Below, one piece after another: positions 37,638-52,200 of a stretch of 64,000 bases of DNA (position 1 is its first letter; the number at the start of each line of letters is the position of its first letter). Below the pieces are notes generated by a model that was not told the DNA's origin, did not search any database, and worked only from the letters and a program-made list of their open reading frames with translations. The position numbers and the translations under genes were made by a program. This stretch comes from a virus, in IMG/VR virus record IMGVR_UViG_3300020463_000013, positions 1 to 64,000 of that record; one strand, 5' to 3'.

Positions 37638-39658
37638 TATGCATTCCTACCTGTGTAAATGATATATTTCATTGCTATATAAGGGTTCATTACATCAAGT
37701 GGATTACCGTCGCCACCATCAAGCACACCACCACTTGTCAATAGACGCTGGCTGTTTTGTGCAGATGCAACATCAAATGTGGATCTTTCTGAACCAGTAG
37801 GTACTGTATCTCCGGTGTTTATTTCACGTGTTGCAAAAAACTGTTCGCCTGATGATGCTCTTAAATCGTGTTCATGCTCTGGCAAATTTTCTGGAGTAAT
37901 AGTTTTATTTTCAGCACCACCTACACCGCCTAGTGTGTCTGCAGAATTGTCTAAAACTCTATTTGCACTTATACCGTTCATATTATCTAAACCTAACGGA
38001 AATCTACCTCTCAAATCAGGCACTGCAAATTTACCAACTTCTGGAAGATCTTTAAAGGAAAATCCAATTGCTTCATATAATTGTTGATAATCAGCTATAA
38101 GATATTCAGTACCGTCACACAGTAACCAACCTAATGGTGTTGCAACACCTGCATAAGGCACTACCACTCCAGGAGGATTAACAGCCACAGCTTTTAAAAG
38201 GTTACGTCTTGATATTTTTTTAAGTCCGGTATCACCGGTTGTTCTGTTTATTAATAATTCATCATCAACTTGAGATTCTGTAACTGCTGTTTTATTTGAT
38301 ACAATAGTATTGCTTATGCTTGTTGTGAAAGTTTTTACACTTCCGCCTACTTGTCCGTCAAATACAAAATCGTCTGCACTTATATCACCTGTAAGTCTGA
38401 ATGTAGTAGAGCTGGTAAGTTTGTCTGCAGATCCTGCTCTACCAGATACTGTACCGCTGACATTACCTGTTAAGTTTCCAATAAAAGTAGTCGAATAAAT
38501 TGTTTTGTATTTGTTTAATGCCGCACCTATGTTTCTAACATTATTTTGATCAGGTTCTACATTACGTGTCTTTAATGTGTTTTCAAGTTCAGTTTGACCG
38601 CCAACGAATAAATTTTTAGCAATACCTACTCCGCCTTTTATAATTGCACTACCAGTGCCTATTGTAGTTGCGTCTGTAACATCATTTATTTTTAACACTC
38701 CACTTTGTTGAATGTTACCTGTAACATCAAGTGCTTCTTCTGGTGCTTCGTTATTAATACCTACTCTTAAATTACTATCAACTCGCACTACTGTTTTGCT
38801 TGTTCCAGCATTTCTTACACGTAAATCAATATTTGATCCTGCAACTTGATGCTGTATAATTCCTGCATTGCCCTCAATTCCTATATTCATTTCTGAATTG
38901 ATGCCGTAATTAACTCCGCTGTTGTTTTGAACATTTAATCCGTTTAATGTTGTACTTACTACATCACTACGTAAGAAGTTACCAGCACTTACATTTACAT
39001 TATTAACAATAAGCGACTCTGCTTTTTCAGCTGTTCCATAAAATTTAGCTGCACCGGTGCCTGTAATATCTCTAGTACTAAGTGTGACACCTGGTTTTAT
39101 TACAGTAAATCCAGGAATAACTGTTTTAGGTATAAATTCATCTGTTGCAATAATTGCAACCGGCTGTGCGTTTACTTCAATTTGTACTATGTTATATACA
39201 GCGTTATCAGTACCAGTAACTGAAACTGGAACAGGGCCGGTATTTAATCCATCACTAAACGTCGGACCTACCAATACCCAACCAGATCCACTAAACAAGT
39301 ATAATTGTTGATTGTCTGTATCTGTCCATAAGTCGCCAATTTGACTATTAGCCGCCTCAGGTTCAGTATTAGCTCTTATTATTCCGCCTACAGGTACCCA
39401 ATCTGGTAAATTGTAAACTTTAAGTTGCTCTTTACCGGGTGTACTATCGTACCATATTTGTCCTTCTACAGGATTTGCAGGTTGAGTAGCACTTGCAAAA
39501 TTTTCTAATAAGTGTAAAAAGTTTTCTGCTATAGCTGTACCATATGCAGTAGTATTTCTACCAGGTATTTTTAAATCTGTAACTGTGTTGAGAGTATTAT
39601 CCTCAATGGTAATAGTGCCTTTGTTGGCTTGGTCTGTATATGCAATAGTATAAGCCAT
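37637..39658 (-). CDS. tail fibre with tail-collar domain
   Basis: PGVVVPYAG..PLGWLLCDG...VPDLRGRF, LPEHEH, NPYIAMKYII. Confidence 0.85.
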   Translation of the reverse strand: MAYTIAYTDQANKGTITIEDNTLNTVTDLKIPGRNTTAYGTAIAENFLHLLENFASATQPANPVEGQIWYDSTPGKEQLKVYNLPDWVPVGGIIRANTEPEAANSQIGDLWTDTDNQQLYLFSGSGWVLVGPTFSDGLNTGPVPVSVTGTDNAVYNIVQIEVNAQPVAIIATDEFIPKTVIPGFTVIKPGVTLSTRDITGTGAAKFYGTAEKAESLIVNNVNVSAGNFLRSDVVSTTLNGLNVQNNSGVNYGINSEMNIGIEGNAGIIQHQVAGSNIDLRVRNAGTSKTVVRVDSNLRVGINNEAPEEALDVTGNIQQSGVLKINDVTDATTIGTGSAIIKGGVGIAKNLFVGGQTELENTLKTRNVEPDQNNVRNIGAALNKYKTIYSTTFIGNLTGNVSGTVSGRAGSADKLTSSTTFRLTGDISADDFVFDGQVGGSVKTFTTSISNTIVSNKTAVTESQVDDELLINRTTGDTGLKKISRRNLLKAVAVNPPGVVVPYAGVATPLGWLLCDGTEYLIADYQQLYEAIGFSFKDLPEVGKFAVPDLRGRFPLGLDNMNGISANRVLDNSADTLGGVGGAENKTITPENLPEHEHDLRASSGEQFFATREINTGDTVPTGSERSTFDVASAQNSQRLLTSGGVLDGGDGNPLDVMNPYIAMKYIIYTGRNA

Positions 39659-39661
39659 TTA

Positions 39662-40276
39662 TTATCCCTCGTTAAATCCTGTTAAACTTTGCACTCTCAC
39701 AGTATAATCAATCTGTACAAGTCTGTTTAAACTTTTTTGTACAGGATGAAATACAACATGTGTAAGTAATCTACCATTACCATCTTCAGCATATGCTTTC
39801 AATCCTAGTTCGTCAAATACATACAATGAATTTTGATCTGTTGCTGTATCAAATGCATCTTGGCCGGAAGGTTCACCGTAATCTAACAAACATGTTACTA
39901 ATACATCTGTGTAGTTCGTTCCGCTGATATGTCGTGTTTCAATCTTATTACGTACAGGATCAATATTAGATACACTTCGATCATCTACAACTTTTGTAAA
40001 TGTTTGATTGTACAAACTAGCATTTGTACCTGTTGAATTAGGAGTTAGATACGTAATAATGCCTGTAGGATCAACACTAGTACCACCATTTCCAAATGCC
40101 ATTTCGTGTATCCATCCATTTCCGCTGTTGCCTAAACTTTCAGCAAGTGACAAACTAATATTTTCGTAATGTATAGCATTACGCTTGTCAATAATGACTT
40201 CACCACTTTCTGGATCATGGATTTTGATGTGTCCTTGTATGTATACACCTTGATGTTCGTTTATTTTATCTGTCAT
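39662..40276 (-). CDS. tail/baseplate structural protein
   Basis: GHIKI..., MAFGNGG, FDELGL, LLTHVVFHPVQKS; in tail module after ATAAATA. Confidence 0.6.
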   Translation of the reverse strand: MTDKINEHQGVYIQGHIKIHDPESGEVIIDKRNAIHYENISLSLAESLGNSGNGWIHEMAFGNGGTSVDPTGIITYLTPNSTGTNASLYNQTFTKVVDDRSVSNIDPVRNKIETRHISGTNYTDVLVTCLLDYGEPSGQDAFDTATDQNSLYVFDELGLKAYAEDGNGRLLTHVVFHPVQKSLNRLVQIDYTVRVQSLTGFNEG

Positions 40277-40292
40277 TTTGTTTTCCTACATG

Positions 40293-40299
40293 TATTTAT
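40293..40299 (-). promoter_or_regulatory. T4-late-like promoter element
   Basis: ATAAATA overlapping the stop of the giant gene. Confidence 0.55.
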
Positions 40300-43200
40300 C
40301 GCGGCAAGTCAGTTGTTGAATTTCTTAAGAAACGAGCTATATTTCCTTTTGCTTTACTTAGCTGTGTTCCTGGATCAGTCCAAATTCTTCCTTGCTTTCT
40401 TATTATAATTACTTTTGTATTTTCTGGTGCAGGTTCAGCAAGTGTAAGTGTTGTTCCTGAAATAGTAAATTCAGGTGCAAGTGTTACATCTCCTTCTGGT
40501 GAATCCATTTGAGGAGCACTTACAGTATTACCATTTCCGTCAACTGTTTCAAACTGATAACTGCTTATGCTGTTTTTACGCATACGCTTACCTGCAACAA
40601 AAACTTCAAACTCATTTACGCTATTAGGTGTCCAATCTAATTGGAACTGTGTGCTTGTGCCATCGCCGTCAAGTGTCAATGTAATAGTTTCATCTTTGTA
40701 TGGCATGTTTTGGTCAGTGCCTTGATGATAAACTTCTGTACCTTCTTTATATACATCTTTTGCACCAGTACCTAATGTTGCTCTACGAATTTGCTTTAGT
40801 ATATTTTTATCTCGTACAAAATATTCTATACGCTCACCTTCAATAAAAATAACACTAGGAGTATCCGGGTTTGCACCTGGTTGTGGAAGTTTATCTCCAT
40901 TCTCAACTTCTATAGTTTTATCCCATGGATACAAATCTCTTACAAGCAGTATGTCTTCTTTGCCAGTAAGGCGTTTGTAATGAGTTCTATTTAATATATC
41001 TTTGAATTGCCTCCAACCAAACTTTTGTATTAACGGTGTTTCAGCAAAATGTATTATATCTATTGTATCATTTTCTGATAAATCATATGCAATTTTTAAA
41101 TATTTTTTGTTATCAGTAATGTAATAATCTATACTAGGAGATAAAAGCACTCCATTTTTTGCTACCCATACATACTGTGCATCAGTAGCAGGTTTGCGTA
41201 ATTCTATCAGTCCGTTGCGTAAATGTCGTAATTGATACCAATTTTCTGATCCTACTGTTAGCTTAGTACGTTCAACAACATCAAATTCTTGCCTTTCAAT
41301 TCCTTGTGACTTATTGTTTGTAAATGTATATACAGTAATAATATCACTTGATTCATAAACATTATCCATGTATATAGTTCCAGGTGTGCTTGCAAATTCA
41401 CCTGCACTATCCCAATAACCATAAGCATACTGTCCGTCTTTAATTGCGTACACTCTTAGTGTGTCGCCATCTTTGCCTACTCCAGGTAAGAGTGTTACAG
41501 TTGATCCTGACTGTTGATCTAATATCACTCTAGGTTCTCCTGTTGCAGGATCTATATCGTTTTCATCACGTATTGTACTATCGAACTCGCCTGCACTTAC
41601 AAAGTTCCATTGTTCACCATATGTAAGTTCTATGTCATTCAAATATACAAGTAGATCTTGATGGTTAAATGCTCCTAAAGGCACTTGCCATAAGTCTAAC
41701 CTATATTCTCTTATATCTGTAACATCAAAATGTTGACTGTAACCTGCTGACAAAATTGTGTTGTTTACTTTTACTATTGTGTTATGTTGGCTAGGTGTTG
41801 CACTAAACGGAGTTGTCTGTAATGTAAATGCAATAGAACTACCATCTCCTATAAATTCGTCAATTTGAACGGAGCTAAAGTTTTTCGTTGTTCCTTCAAA
41901 TATTCCAAAGTTTATTATTTTATCAGCTATTGGAGGAGTAGCAAATCTTATAACTACATTTCCAGGCACATCATAACTACTATCATCGCTTTTAATTAAA
42001 AGAGTATCTTGCTTTTCTCCGTCAATAGTTGCATAATGTGTCATATTGTCTGCATAACGTACATTTGTTAAAAAGTCTAAAGTACTACCATCTGCAACAA
42101 ACGTTCCATAATCTAAAACATTTGTACCTGAAACATCTAAAGTTATTATATTGACTTTTATATTTGCGCCTGGGGCAACATCCATTATTATACTTTTTCT
42201 ATCTGTGGAAAAAATGTAATCATCTTTTGTTTTTATTACATCACCAACTTTTACAAATATATTGTTATTGAATGCAACATTTTGATCAAGGCTAAATGTT
42301 TTGTTTGTACCATCACCTACATAATTAAAACTACGTATGTTACTTGCGCCTCCAGTAGGTCTTTCATATACCTGTATATCAACTGTATCTAATACTTGTC
42401 CTGGTATAATTTCTTCAGGTCCTTTAGATGTAGTAGGAGTAACAAAACCATCACCGTCTACGCTAATATCTTCAGCCTTTAATCCAGTGGCTGTACTGTA
42501 TGGTAAGTCGCCTCCTTCTATTAAAGTATCGTATCCATTTGGGTCTGCTAGGAAACTACCGTCACTTGTCTTTTTGCGAATCACAAGTGTGTCTCCATCA
42601 GCTACTTTGATTCCGTAATTATCTAGGTAGAGTATCTTAGTAATGCCATCGCCTACAAGTGTCTCCATTATAGCATTAGGATTCTCAATAAATGTACTTC
42701 CATCGTAGTTTGGATCATCTATACGTATGTTATTTTTGTATACATTATATTCAACACCATTTTCTAATGGTTTTGATACTTCGATAATAGTTGTACTTCC
42801 GTCAAAGTTAAATACTTCATCTTCATAAGTTTCATCGTAGGTATCCCATTTACCGGTAAACCAACCTTCAGCATCAAAACCGCCCTGATTTTCAAACCCA
42901 AAACTCTTGACTTCAACACCGCCATAATCTACACCGTCCATTACTTGTGCTATATCTTTGCCTAGCATTCCGGTTGTAGGATCGTAAAGTAAATTTACCC
43001 TATCCTGTGCAACTAATAGATCAGGATCTTTTTTGTATTCAATTACTATTGCTTTTGTATTAGCAGGAGGAGTGTCTAAAGTAATTCTTCCTTTGAATCT
43101 TACGTATGTTTTTGTGTTATCTTGAAAGTTTGTATAAGTGTACTGGCTTGGTAAAAGCTCTACACCGCCAACAGTAATTTTAATATTTGCAGGCTTTACA

Positions 43201-46200
43201 TCTATTGGCCATTTTAAGTCATATATGTACTTGCTTCCTGACCCTATAAAATTTTCTGATTCGTTTAATTTAGTTATAATAAAACTACTGCTTATTCTAT
43301 CAAATTTTACACGAGTTAGAAAGCTTCTTACAGTCTCATGTCCGATCACTGCACTGATACGTGCATCTATTCCTCCAGGATTACTACCGTTTATATCAAG
43401 TGTAGGCGCACTTATGTAACCACTACCAGAGTCTAACACATCAATTTTAACAATTTTTCCGTTGACTCCAAGATAAGTTTTAAATTTAGCACCTGTGCCA
43501 CCACCACCAACTGCTGAAATTACAGGAGGTTCGCTATATTTTGTTCCGCCATCGTATATATTAACACTTTTTATTTCATAACTTGCATTATCTAACCAAT
43601 GTCTATACGGATATGTAGTAATATCACTTTCTGTACCAACAATCATATCTTCTATAACTTGAGATGGATGAGGTTGTATTCCTCTGCCTTCTACATATCT
43701 TGGAGCTAAGTCAAAATCAGTAATTACTGTATTTGTTGGTTCAATTCTTTCATAGCTAGACAAATATTCACGCAATTTTGTCTTGAAAGGTTTTACTTCT
43801 TCTAAATAATCTTCATAACTTGGTAAATTATCGTTGTTGAAAGTAATATCTTCTCTAAGAGATCCTACATTGTGCTGTGCTTTCACAAAACTTGTTTTAA
43901 ATGCCCAATCAATATAAGGTTGTTCACTAAAAGCATATCTAACACTAGCAAAGAATAATTTATTATACTCGTGTTCAAGTTCTACTGTGAGTAAATCATC
44001 TCTTAAAACCTCTAATATTCTACGCTGTTCAACAGTAGGTTGTGCATCATAAAATTGTACGTCGAAACTAATGGTATCAAAACCGTTAAGGTTAGCAGTT
44101 ACATCATATAATCCTCTTTTAAATTGTATTGTGCCATTTTGTCTACCTATTGTTTTATAATTTACAGTATAATCAGTGGTGCTTTGCTCATCTATCTTTT
44201 GTAATAATAGCCAGCCTCCTGAACCAATACTACTAATTTTTACAACATCACCTATATTATCATTTAGTTCAGTCAATTGGTATGAGAAATCCACTAAATG
44301 ATCTATTTCAGTAGTTTCGCTTGCTCCTGACATGTACCAATCAGCGTACTCCCAATATAATGTTGCGTTATAGGCTTGGCTTTTAATTCTATTCCAAGTG
44401 CTGGTTTCAGTAAGTCTTTCATAAATTGACCATTTACCATTAATAGTTTCGTCTGCTTTTACTAAAGCCGCAAATTTTCGTACTTCTATAGTAGTAGTAT
44501 CTTCATAATTTTCACCTTGATTATTAACCACTACATTTGTAACCTGGCCAGCATTATCTATAGTAAATGTAAAATCTGCGCCTTCGCCACTGGCGCCTCT
44601 TATAGTGTATGTAGGTGCAACTAGATACCCCCTGCCTGGATCTGTTATAGTAACACGCACTATTTTTCCATTTTCGATCACAGGAGTCAAAATTGCTTGT
44701 TTACTTTTTGCTACGCCGATTAAATCAATTTCTGCAAAACTTTCAACAGTTGTATCATACAATCTTGTAATGGCGCTTGGAAAATCTTCTTTATAATTTA
44801 GTCCAGTTAAATTTTTGTTTTCAACGATAAGATTTTCTTTTAGCACACCGTTTACACGTTCAATAAGTTGTTTCATTGCTTCTATGTTATTAACAAACAA
44901 ACTTTGTCTTGGATTATTTAGAATACCGTATTTTTTCTTAGCTCCTAGTGTGTTATCAGGTACAGGTCTATTTCTAGTATCATAACCAATTAAACTATCA
45001 AACCATTTGCGTTCAATATCTCTATTAGGCTTGCTACTTGCAAGTCCATCTGTAAGGATTTGATATTGATTATGAACATTTGAATCTTGATTTTCTAAAG
45101 TATAATATTGTACACTAATTGCAACTTCTTTACCTTCTATAAGTGTATCACAATTATTAACAGCAAACTGATTGTTACCAAAAAACGAAACATATCTGTA
45201 TCCGTATGAGTAAGGATCTGCAATAAGTTGTGCTGTGTTAAAAGCACTCTCTGTCCTAAAATCGTTATTAGGAATAGTTTTTTTATCTTTGATCCAATAA
45301 AAGTATTTGTCTGTAAAACTTTGACTAATACTATCATATACCTTTTTTGTTACATAGTTTGTAGTTGTTTTTGCCTGGCCACTAATACCTTGAGATAATC
45401 CATCATTAGTGTCTGCTTGTTCATTCCATTGTTCAGGCGTAAGAGTTGTTTCTACCCATTCGTAAACATCTATAGATGCGCCACTAAACAGTTTATTCCA
45501 GTTATTTGTACTATATGTAATGTCATTTTGATATGGATTTAAGAATTTTGCATTTGTTAAATCCCACCATAACTGTCCTACTTGTTCTTGACCCCATGTA
45601 TTTAATTTTTGTACTACAACATTTGTGCCGGTAGTATATGTAGCTGGATCGTAATATGTCTTATATCTAAGTTCTTGTTCGGCTACACCTGCAATTTTAC
45701 CTTGTAGCACATCAATATAGTCTAAGTAAGCAAGAAGTTTCTTTGTTTTTTTATTATATAAAATAACTTTTTTAATTTTTGCAACATCTACAGGATCTTT
45801 TGGAGTTCTTATATTGTTATAAACGTTTCCTTGTACTCTATAATCTACAAATGCTCCTACCTGGCCACCTGTTTCTAATCTTGGCAATCCTACATATACA
45901 TGGTTTCCGGTTGCTTCAACGTTTCTACCAAAATAATCTACATTAGCATTGTTAAATTGTATAGTATCTGCATACAGCAGTTTTCCATTTAAATTTTCAT
46001 AAACATATACAACGCCATCGTCTACATTAGTCCTTCTAAATTTAGTGAAACTATTATCGAAAGTAGTAGGCAACCCTGTTGGTTGGCTTGTAGGATCGTT
46101 AACATATGTAGACCCTTCTTTCTTTTGGCTGTACACATCGATTGTTGATTCAAAAATACTATCTGCATTTTTACTTCCTATAGCAAGTATATCGCCTGTG

Positions 46201-49200
46201 TAAGAAATTGCTGTACCAAATTGTTCAGCTCTTTCATTTTTTGGACTATAAAGTTTTTGATCTAATTCAAATTTACCTTGGACTTGTCTATAAATGTAAA
46301 CTATTCCTTGATCTGCATCTTTTTCGTCATCATAAGGCGCACCAATAGCAATGCTCATTCCGTCACTAGATATAGAAACGCTATCTGCAAATCCTATAGT
46401 TTTATTAGGTGCTTCAATAAGTTGATCAAATTCAAAAAATCCGTTGTTAATTCTGTAGACAACAACACCATTTGGCTTATCTGCGTTATATGTCACACTT
46501 GCTAAAAATACATCACCGTTTGCATTAACATCAATTGTTTCCCCAAACACTCCTAATTCTTGTTGATCTAACACTGTGCTTCCGTCTGTGCTATCATTTA
46601 TAACAGAGAACAATGTATCATTAGGTAAAAATCCTATGTAGTCAACTAGATCATTTGTGCTTGTCCAATTTGCACTATCAAAAACTCCTGCAGGTAAATT
46701 TGTACGTGCAACTAACAAATTACCACCTAGATATACAATATCGTTTTCTCTGTATGTTCTAGTTTCACTAAATTCGCCTTTAAATTTTTTATTCTTTGCA
46801 GAATCCCAATTAAAAGTAACATTATTTTCAATACCATTTTTATATTGATATACTTTACCATTAGCGCCTTCTTGTGATGCATACACAAATAGCCTATATA
46901 CGTCATTATTTTTTGCACCTTTAACAGTAGTGCCTAGGAATTGATTACTAGCTCTGTATTCGTTTATATAGTAACCTACAGCATCATAGCTTCCTGAAGG
47001 CCTACGTTCAAATATACTAAACATTCCCTCATAAAGTCTTTCACTTAAATTATTTTCAGCCGCTTGATCCACCGGAATATTGTATACTTCTTCCCAGTCA
47101 TTGCTGTCAGGACCTGGTATGTTAGGTTGTCTTGGTATACCGCTTACTTCGGCACTATCGTAGAACCAATATTCTGCACCCAATAATGTATCACTATCTT
47201 GTAAAGTAATATTGTTATCAGCTTTAAACACTATAAATTTACCAATTCCAAAAGGTGCATATTGAAAGCCAACTGAATCAATTTGACCAAATACACGATT
47301 TGTTTGATAGATTGGATTTGCTCTACCAGCATCTCCTATAAATTCTATTTCGACGTTGTCTCCAAAATCATTACCTAAACTAAATGTACCTGTAGTGTTT
47401 TTAACAAAAATTGTTCCGTTAAGTCCGTCCCTTTGATAAAATACTACATCAGCTTCTGCACCTGTGCCTAAATCTTTTACACGTAGCACATCGCCGCCAC
47501 CTAAAACTTGCGGTTCAAAAACATTGCCTAAACTATCAAATTTTGTAAAATTAAATTTAATATACCCATCCCAAACATCGTGTACAGTTTGTAGTTTATT
47601 TGTAATTGTTTGAGATAATCCTATATCTGTAATATTTTTATAACTACTATCAGACCAACGAGGTAATTGATCCATATATAAGTTTATACTTTCACTAGGA
47701 TTAATGTTATCAGTAAGCGATTTAGGTGCTTTTACTATATACAGATCGCTAGGAATAATACTAGTTACACCTCCTGCACCAGGTGCACCTTGATTTGTTA
47801 ATGTTTGAATAAAACTTCCGATTGAATTTTCACTGTTAATAGTACTATCATCGTCAACATCTAAAACATTAAAATATCTTCTGTTTTGATTAGTTTGTCC
47901 GCTAGGTGTAAAGTCTTCGTAAATTAAACCTCTGCCTCTATCTTCGCATGCACTTTCTGTTGGTCCTGTATTATACGCTTGTAAACTATCTATTACCCAA
48001 TAGCCGCCCCATTGTGCAGAATAATCAGATGCATCGTTATGTAATTTTTTTACATATTCACCAACAAAATCTCCGTTTCTTAAAAACAAACTTCCTTCAG
48101 TTGGAAATGTTCCGTTCACGTCCTTGACATAAATTGTTACCCTAGCATCTTCGTTATATTTGTATGCTACTGTGCCTATTGCTCCTGATGTTTCAATTAT
48201 ATCTCCTATGACAGGAACATTTGTAGCCGCGTCAACATATAGAACAGCATCTACTTTATAAAGTATTTGGTGTTCACCTGTTAAGAATTCGGTAGTAACA
48301 ATTGGATTGTAAATACTGTTAAATGGAGCAATGTCTTGAATACTATTTTTATTTTGATAAGCATTAGATCTTTGATTCCATTTTAAACTAATTGTATCTC
48401 CTACTTTTGATCCTTCATATTGGTTAAATGGTGCTCTTATAATTACGTGATCTGTAGCAGTGCTAGTAAATGGATAATTTCCTGAAGCAAGTACTACAGG
48501 AGCATCATCTGTTTCATCTGTCAAACCTAAAGCAATTCTAATCTGTGTCACACTTGTAAAACTATTAAAATCAATAGAATCTTCTGCACCTGTTATTCCT
48601 ACATTTGCTCTCCATAAACTATTGTCATAGCTTACAATATCATTCTTTAAATAATTTGTTGTTGTAATAAATTCATCTTGATATCTTGTTTTGACTTTAG
48701 ATGCAGACGGAGATCCTACGTAAATATATTTTCCGTCTTCACTTATATCTACACTTGCGCCAAATCTCTCGCCGTCCATAGCCGCACCGGCTAATGGAAT
48801 AAGTTCTGCTATAAGTATAAAATTATTACTTTCACTTGCTCTATTGTATACATTCACTTGTCCGTTGGCAAAATCTGGCATGCCTACAGCAATTACAGTA
48901 TTACGTTTGTTTACTGCAATACTACTTGCAAAATTTTGCAAGGCACTATCAGTGCCATTTTTATTTTCGATAGTCTGTGCCAAAGTATAATTTCTTGCAT
49001 TTTGCACAACTGACCATTTGTTGTCAGCACCAGAATCTATCCATAATATATCGCCGTCTTCTAAAGTACTTTGTGCTATAGTGTTAGCTTCGTCAACATT
49101 AGATGCACGTACTTTTACAAAATTTGTTACATAGCCTACTGTTTGTTCTATATCTTCTATATCTTCGTCACTAAGTAAGACTATCTTATCGCCAGTAACT

Positions 49201-52200
49201 TCTTTTACTTTGTAAAATCCTTCTATACCTTCAACGTCAAATATTCCTATTATGTCATCAGCTTTTACACCTGTATAAGTAGACTTTAGATTGACTGTAA
49301 ATTCGTCTGTGCCTGACGTAATACTTGTAATTGTGTTATCTGTATTAGAATATTTGTATACACTCCAAGATAAATTATCAGTACCTACCCAGACATAATC
49401 TCCCTGCCGTAAATTATCAAAATCTAAGTTTAAAATATCATCGTATGTTTGTGATATAACTTTTACATCTTCAAAATCAACATAACCTGCATTTTTTACA
49501 TAAGTTGAATCAACATACTTGGTTGGAAATGGAGCGTGATTATAATCATCACTTTTTTGATACACGTCATAAGGTGGTATTTTAAAAATTAAGTCTGTGC
49601 TTGCAGGATCAATTGAATTTACTAATTCAATTGGTTGCGGTGAAAGCCTAAATTTAGATTCGTCTAATGTATAATCAACTTCTTGGAAAGCATCAACAGC
49701 ACCATACTGGCCGTCCTTGATAGCCCATTCTTCGTAAAATTCTAAACTATCTTTGTCTGCACTTGCCAAGGCATCAAACATTTTACTTAAAGCATTTTTT
49801 GTACCTTTATCTTGTAACATGCCCTGGTAAAATTTGTATTGACTTACATCATCATTTACAATATTTTCTAAATACTTTCTTTTTTGATAGCCAATTAAAT
49901 GCTGTGCTAATCTTTGTTGTTCTACATCAAAATTATCGCTGTCTAAATCATAAAAATCTGTAAACTGTATAGCTTTGTAGTCCCAGTTTGAATACAATCC
50001 ACCAATAGGCTTATCAGTCAATCTATTCCATTGATTGTCTATAAATGTTTCGGTTCCTGGAACTTTTTTATCTGCTGAATAATAAAATTCTTTGTGCTTT
50101 ACAATATCGCCAATATCATAATCGTTCCAAGGCATCCATTCAGTAATTTTTGCACCATCATAAAAGAATCCAGGTATACTTATACTACCATTCCATTCAT
50201 CTGTTCTATAACCTGCAACTTTTATTCTTTCCTGTCTGTAGCCAGGTTCTTGATCATAAATTACATCACCAAATACTGTTCTATTATCTAGTAATACCAC
50301 ATGTTCTTTTTGTACTAATGGGAGAGTAGCCGCGTATATTCCGTCTGCTGTGTTTCTTGTTTGCATATAAAATTCATTTGGATTTTCTCTACCAATTGCT
50401 AAAAATTCTGAGTTTAATTTTTTTCCGTCTGCTTTTATTATGCTATAGCCGTATATTGTTTCGTATACATTAGATACAACGCTATAGTCACTTACAAATT
50501 TTAAGTACTGAGCTGCAGGAGATACCGTTAGAAGTGTTCCATTATCCCAGCGTTGTGTTGTCCAAAACATGAATTGTTTTGCACTATATCTCCAATCTTG
50601 CACTACTGCTTCATTACCTTCATAGTTGTCAAACACAAAGCCTTGATTTTCTAACCAAGCACCATAGGAAACTAAAAAGTCTACTACCTCCTGAATTGAA
50701 TCAAAAGTAGTACCGTACGCAACTTCTTGTACAATATTTTTATTAAATAATTTTGCAAAACTAGCTCTTACGCCGCCATCCATAGGAAGTTCTGCTAATT
50801 TAGTAGTTTTATCTCCATCAAGAGTAGCGGCACTAGTATGAGATTCTGTTACTCTATAGTAAGCATTTTGAAACTCTACTATATAACCTTTTTCATAATA
50901 TTTGTCAGAAGCCCATTTTAAGAAATCTTCGCTTATTCCACCTACAGTAATAACTGGATCTTTTTGCTGTTTAATTACTGGGTGTGTTTTAAATGTTGCA
51001 CTAGTATTACTGTAGCCTTTTACAGTATATCCGCCTATTACTTTTTCTATAATTACACCAGAATATGCAACAGTTTTTATAGGAGTGCTAGTGTTTAAAA
51101 TAATTTGATAATTTTCTTCTGGAACAAATACGTTACCTTCATTTGTAGGACTTCTGCTGTCCAAAATTAATTTAAATTTTGCTTTTTCTGTAAAAGCTCC
51201 TAATTTAAATCCAATGTTATTTTGTATTGATGAAATATTGTTTTTGTAGTCAGCGTAACTTGTTGTCACGTCCAAGAACATGTAGTCAGCTATGTAGTTT
51301 ACAAATCCGCTTGTGTATGTTTGTGTAGTATCTGTTACAGATGTAGGATACACAAGTTTATCTAATTCTAATTGTTTGCTAGTATCCTTATACACTATTA
51401 TATCTGCAACGTCTCTAATTTGTCTTTGCCTATCAAATGCTGTAGCAAACATTCTCGAAGGAGCATTTAGAATTAAACTTGAAATAAGACTAAAAGCATA
51501 CTCACTAGATCTGCGCCATGCAGATTCTACAGGTGCACCGTCGCCAAACTTAAAATTGTCTTCTATTCCTGTGCTAGTAAAACCAGTTGCATATCCACTA
51601 GCTAATGGACTTAAAAGTGCGCCATTTGCATCTGTAGGTATATGTTGTGTAAGATTGGGCCTTACGTATTTTTTAACAAATTTTGGAATTGTGTTAGGCT
51701 GTGCTATTTTGCCTTGTTCTATATCTTGCCACATTACTAAGTTATCACGGGTATATGGTGCAGGTCCGTAATTTGTTTCCCACCAAGTAGGTTTAACAGT
51801 AAAGCCTAACATTTCCCACGGATGGCTATGTGGGCGGTCTGTATCATATGCCATCATATATACTTGACGCCAGTAACCAGGCAAAACTTTTCCTGTAGGA
51901 CTTTGCATTGATTCATAGTTAAAAGAAAAAGTGTCAGATCTTACAAAATTATTTTTTGTATACTGCGTATCTGCAATACTTGTCCATTCAATAAAATCAG
52001 TAAGCATGCCTTTATCTACTGCATCTTTAGGTGAATAGCTATCTCTTGCATCGCCTTCGACATAATCTGTTAGATCAAATATTGTTTCATCATAACTTAT
52101 TTTTATGTTGTTGTATATACGTGTCTCTAGTTCAATTATGAGATTATCTCTAAAATCTCCATAGGCTTTTACAATACTACCATCGTGTCCTTGTATTACA

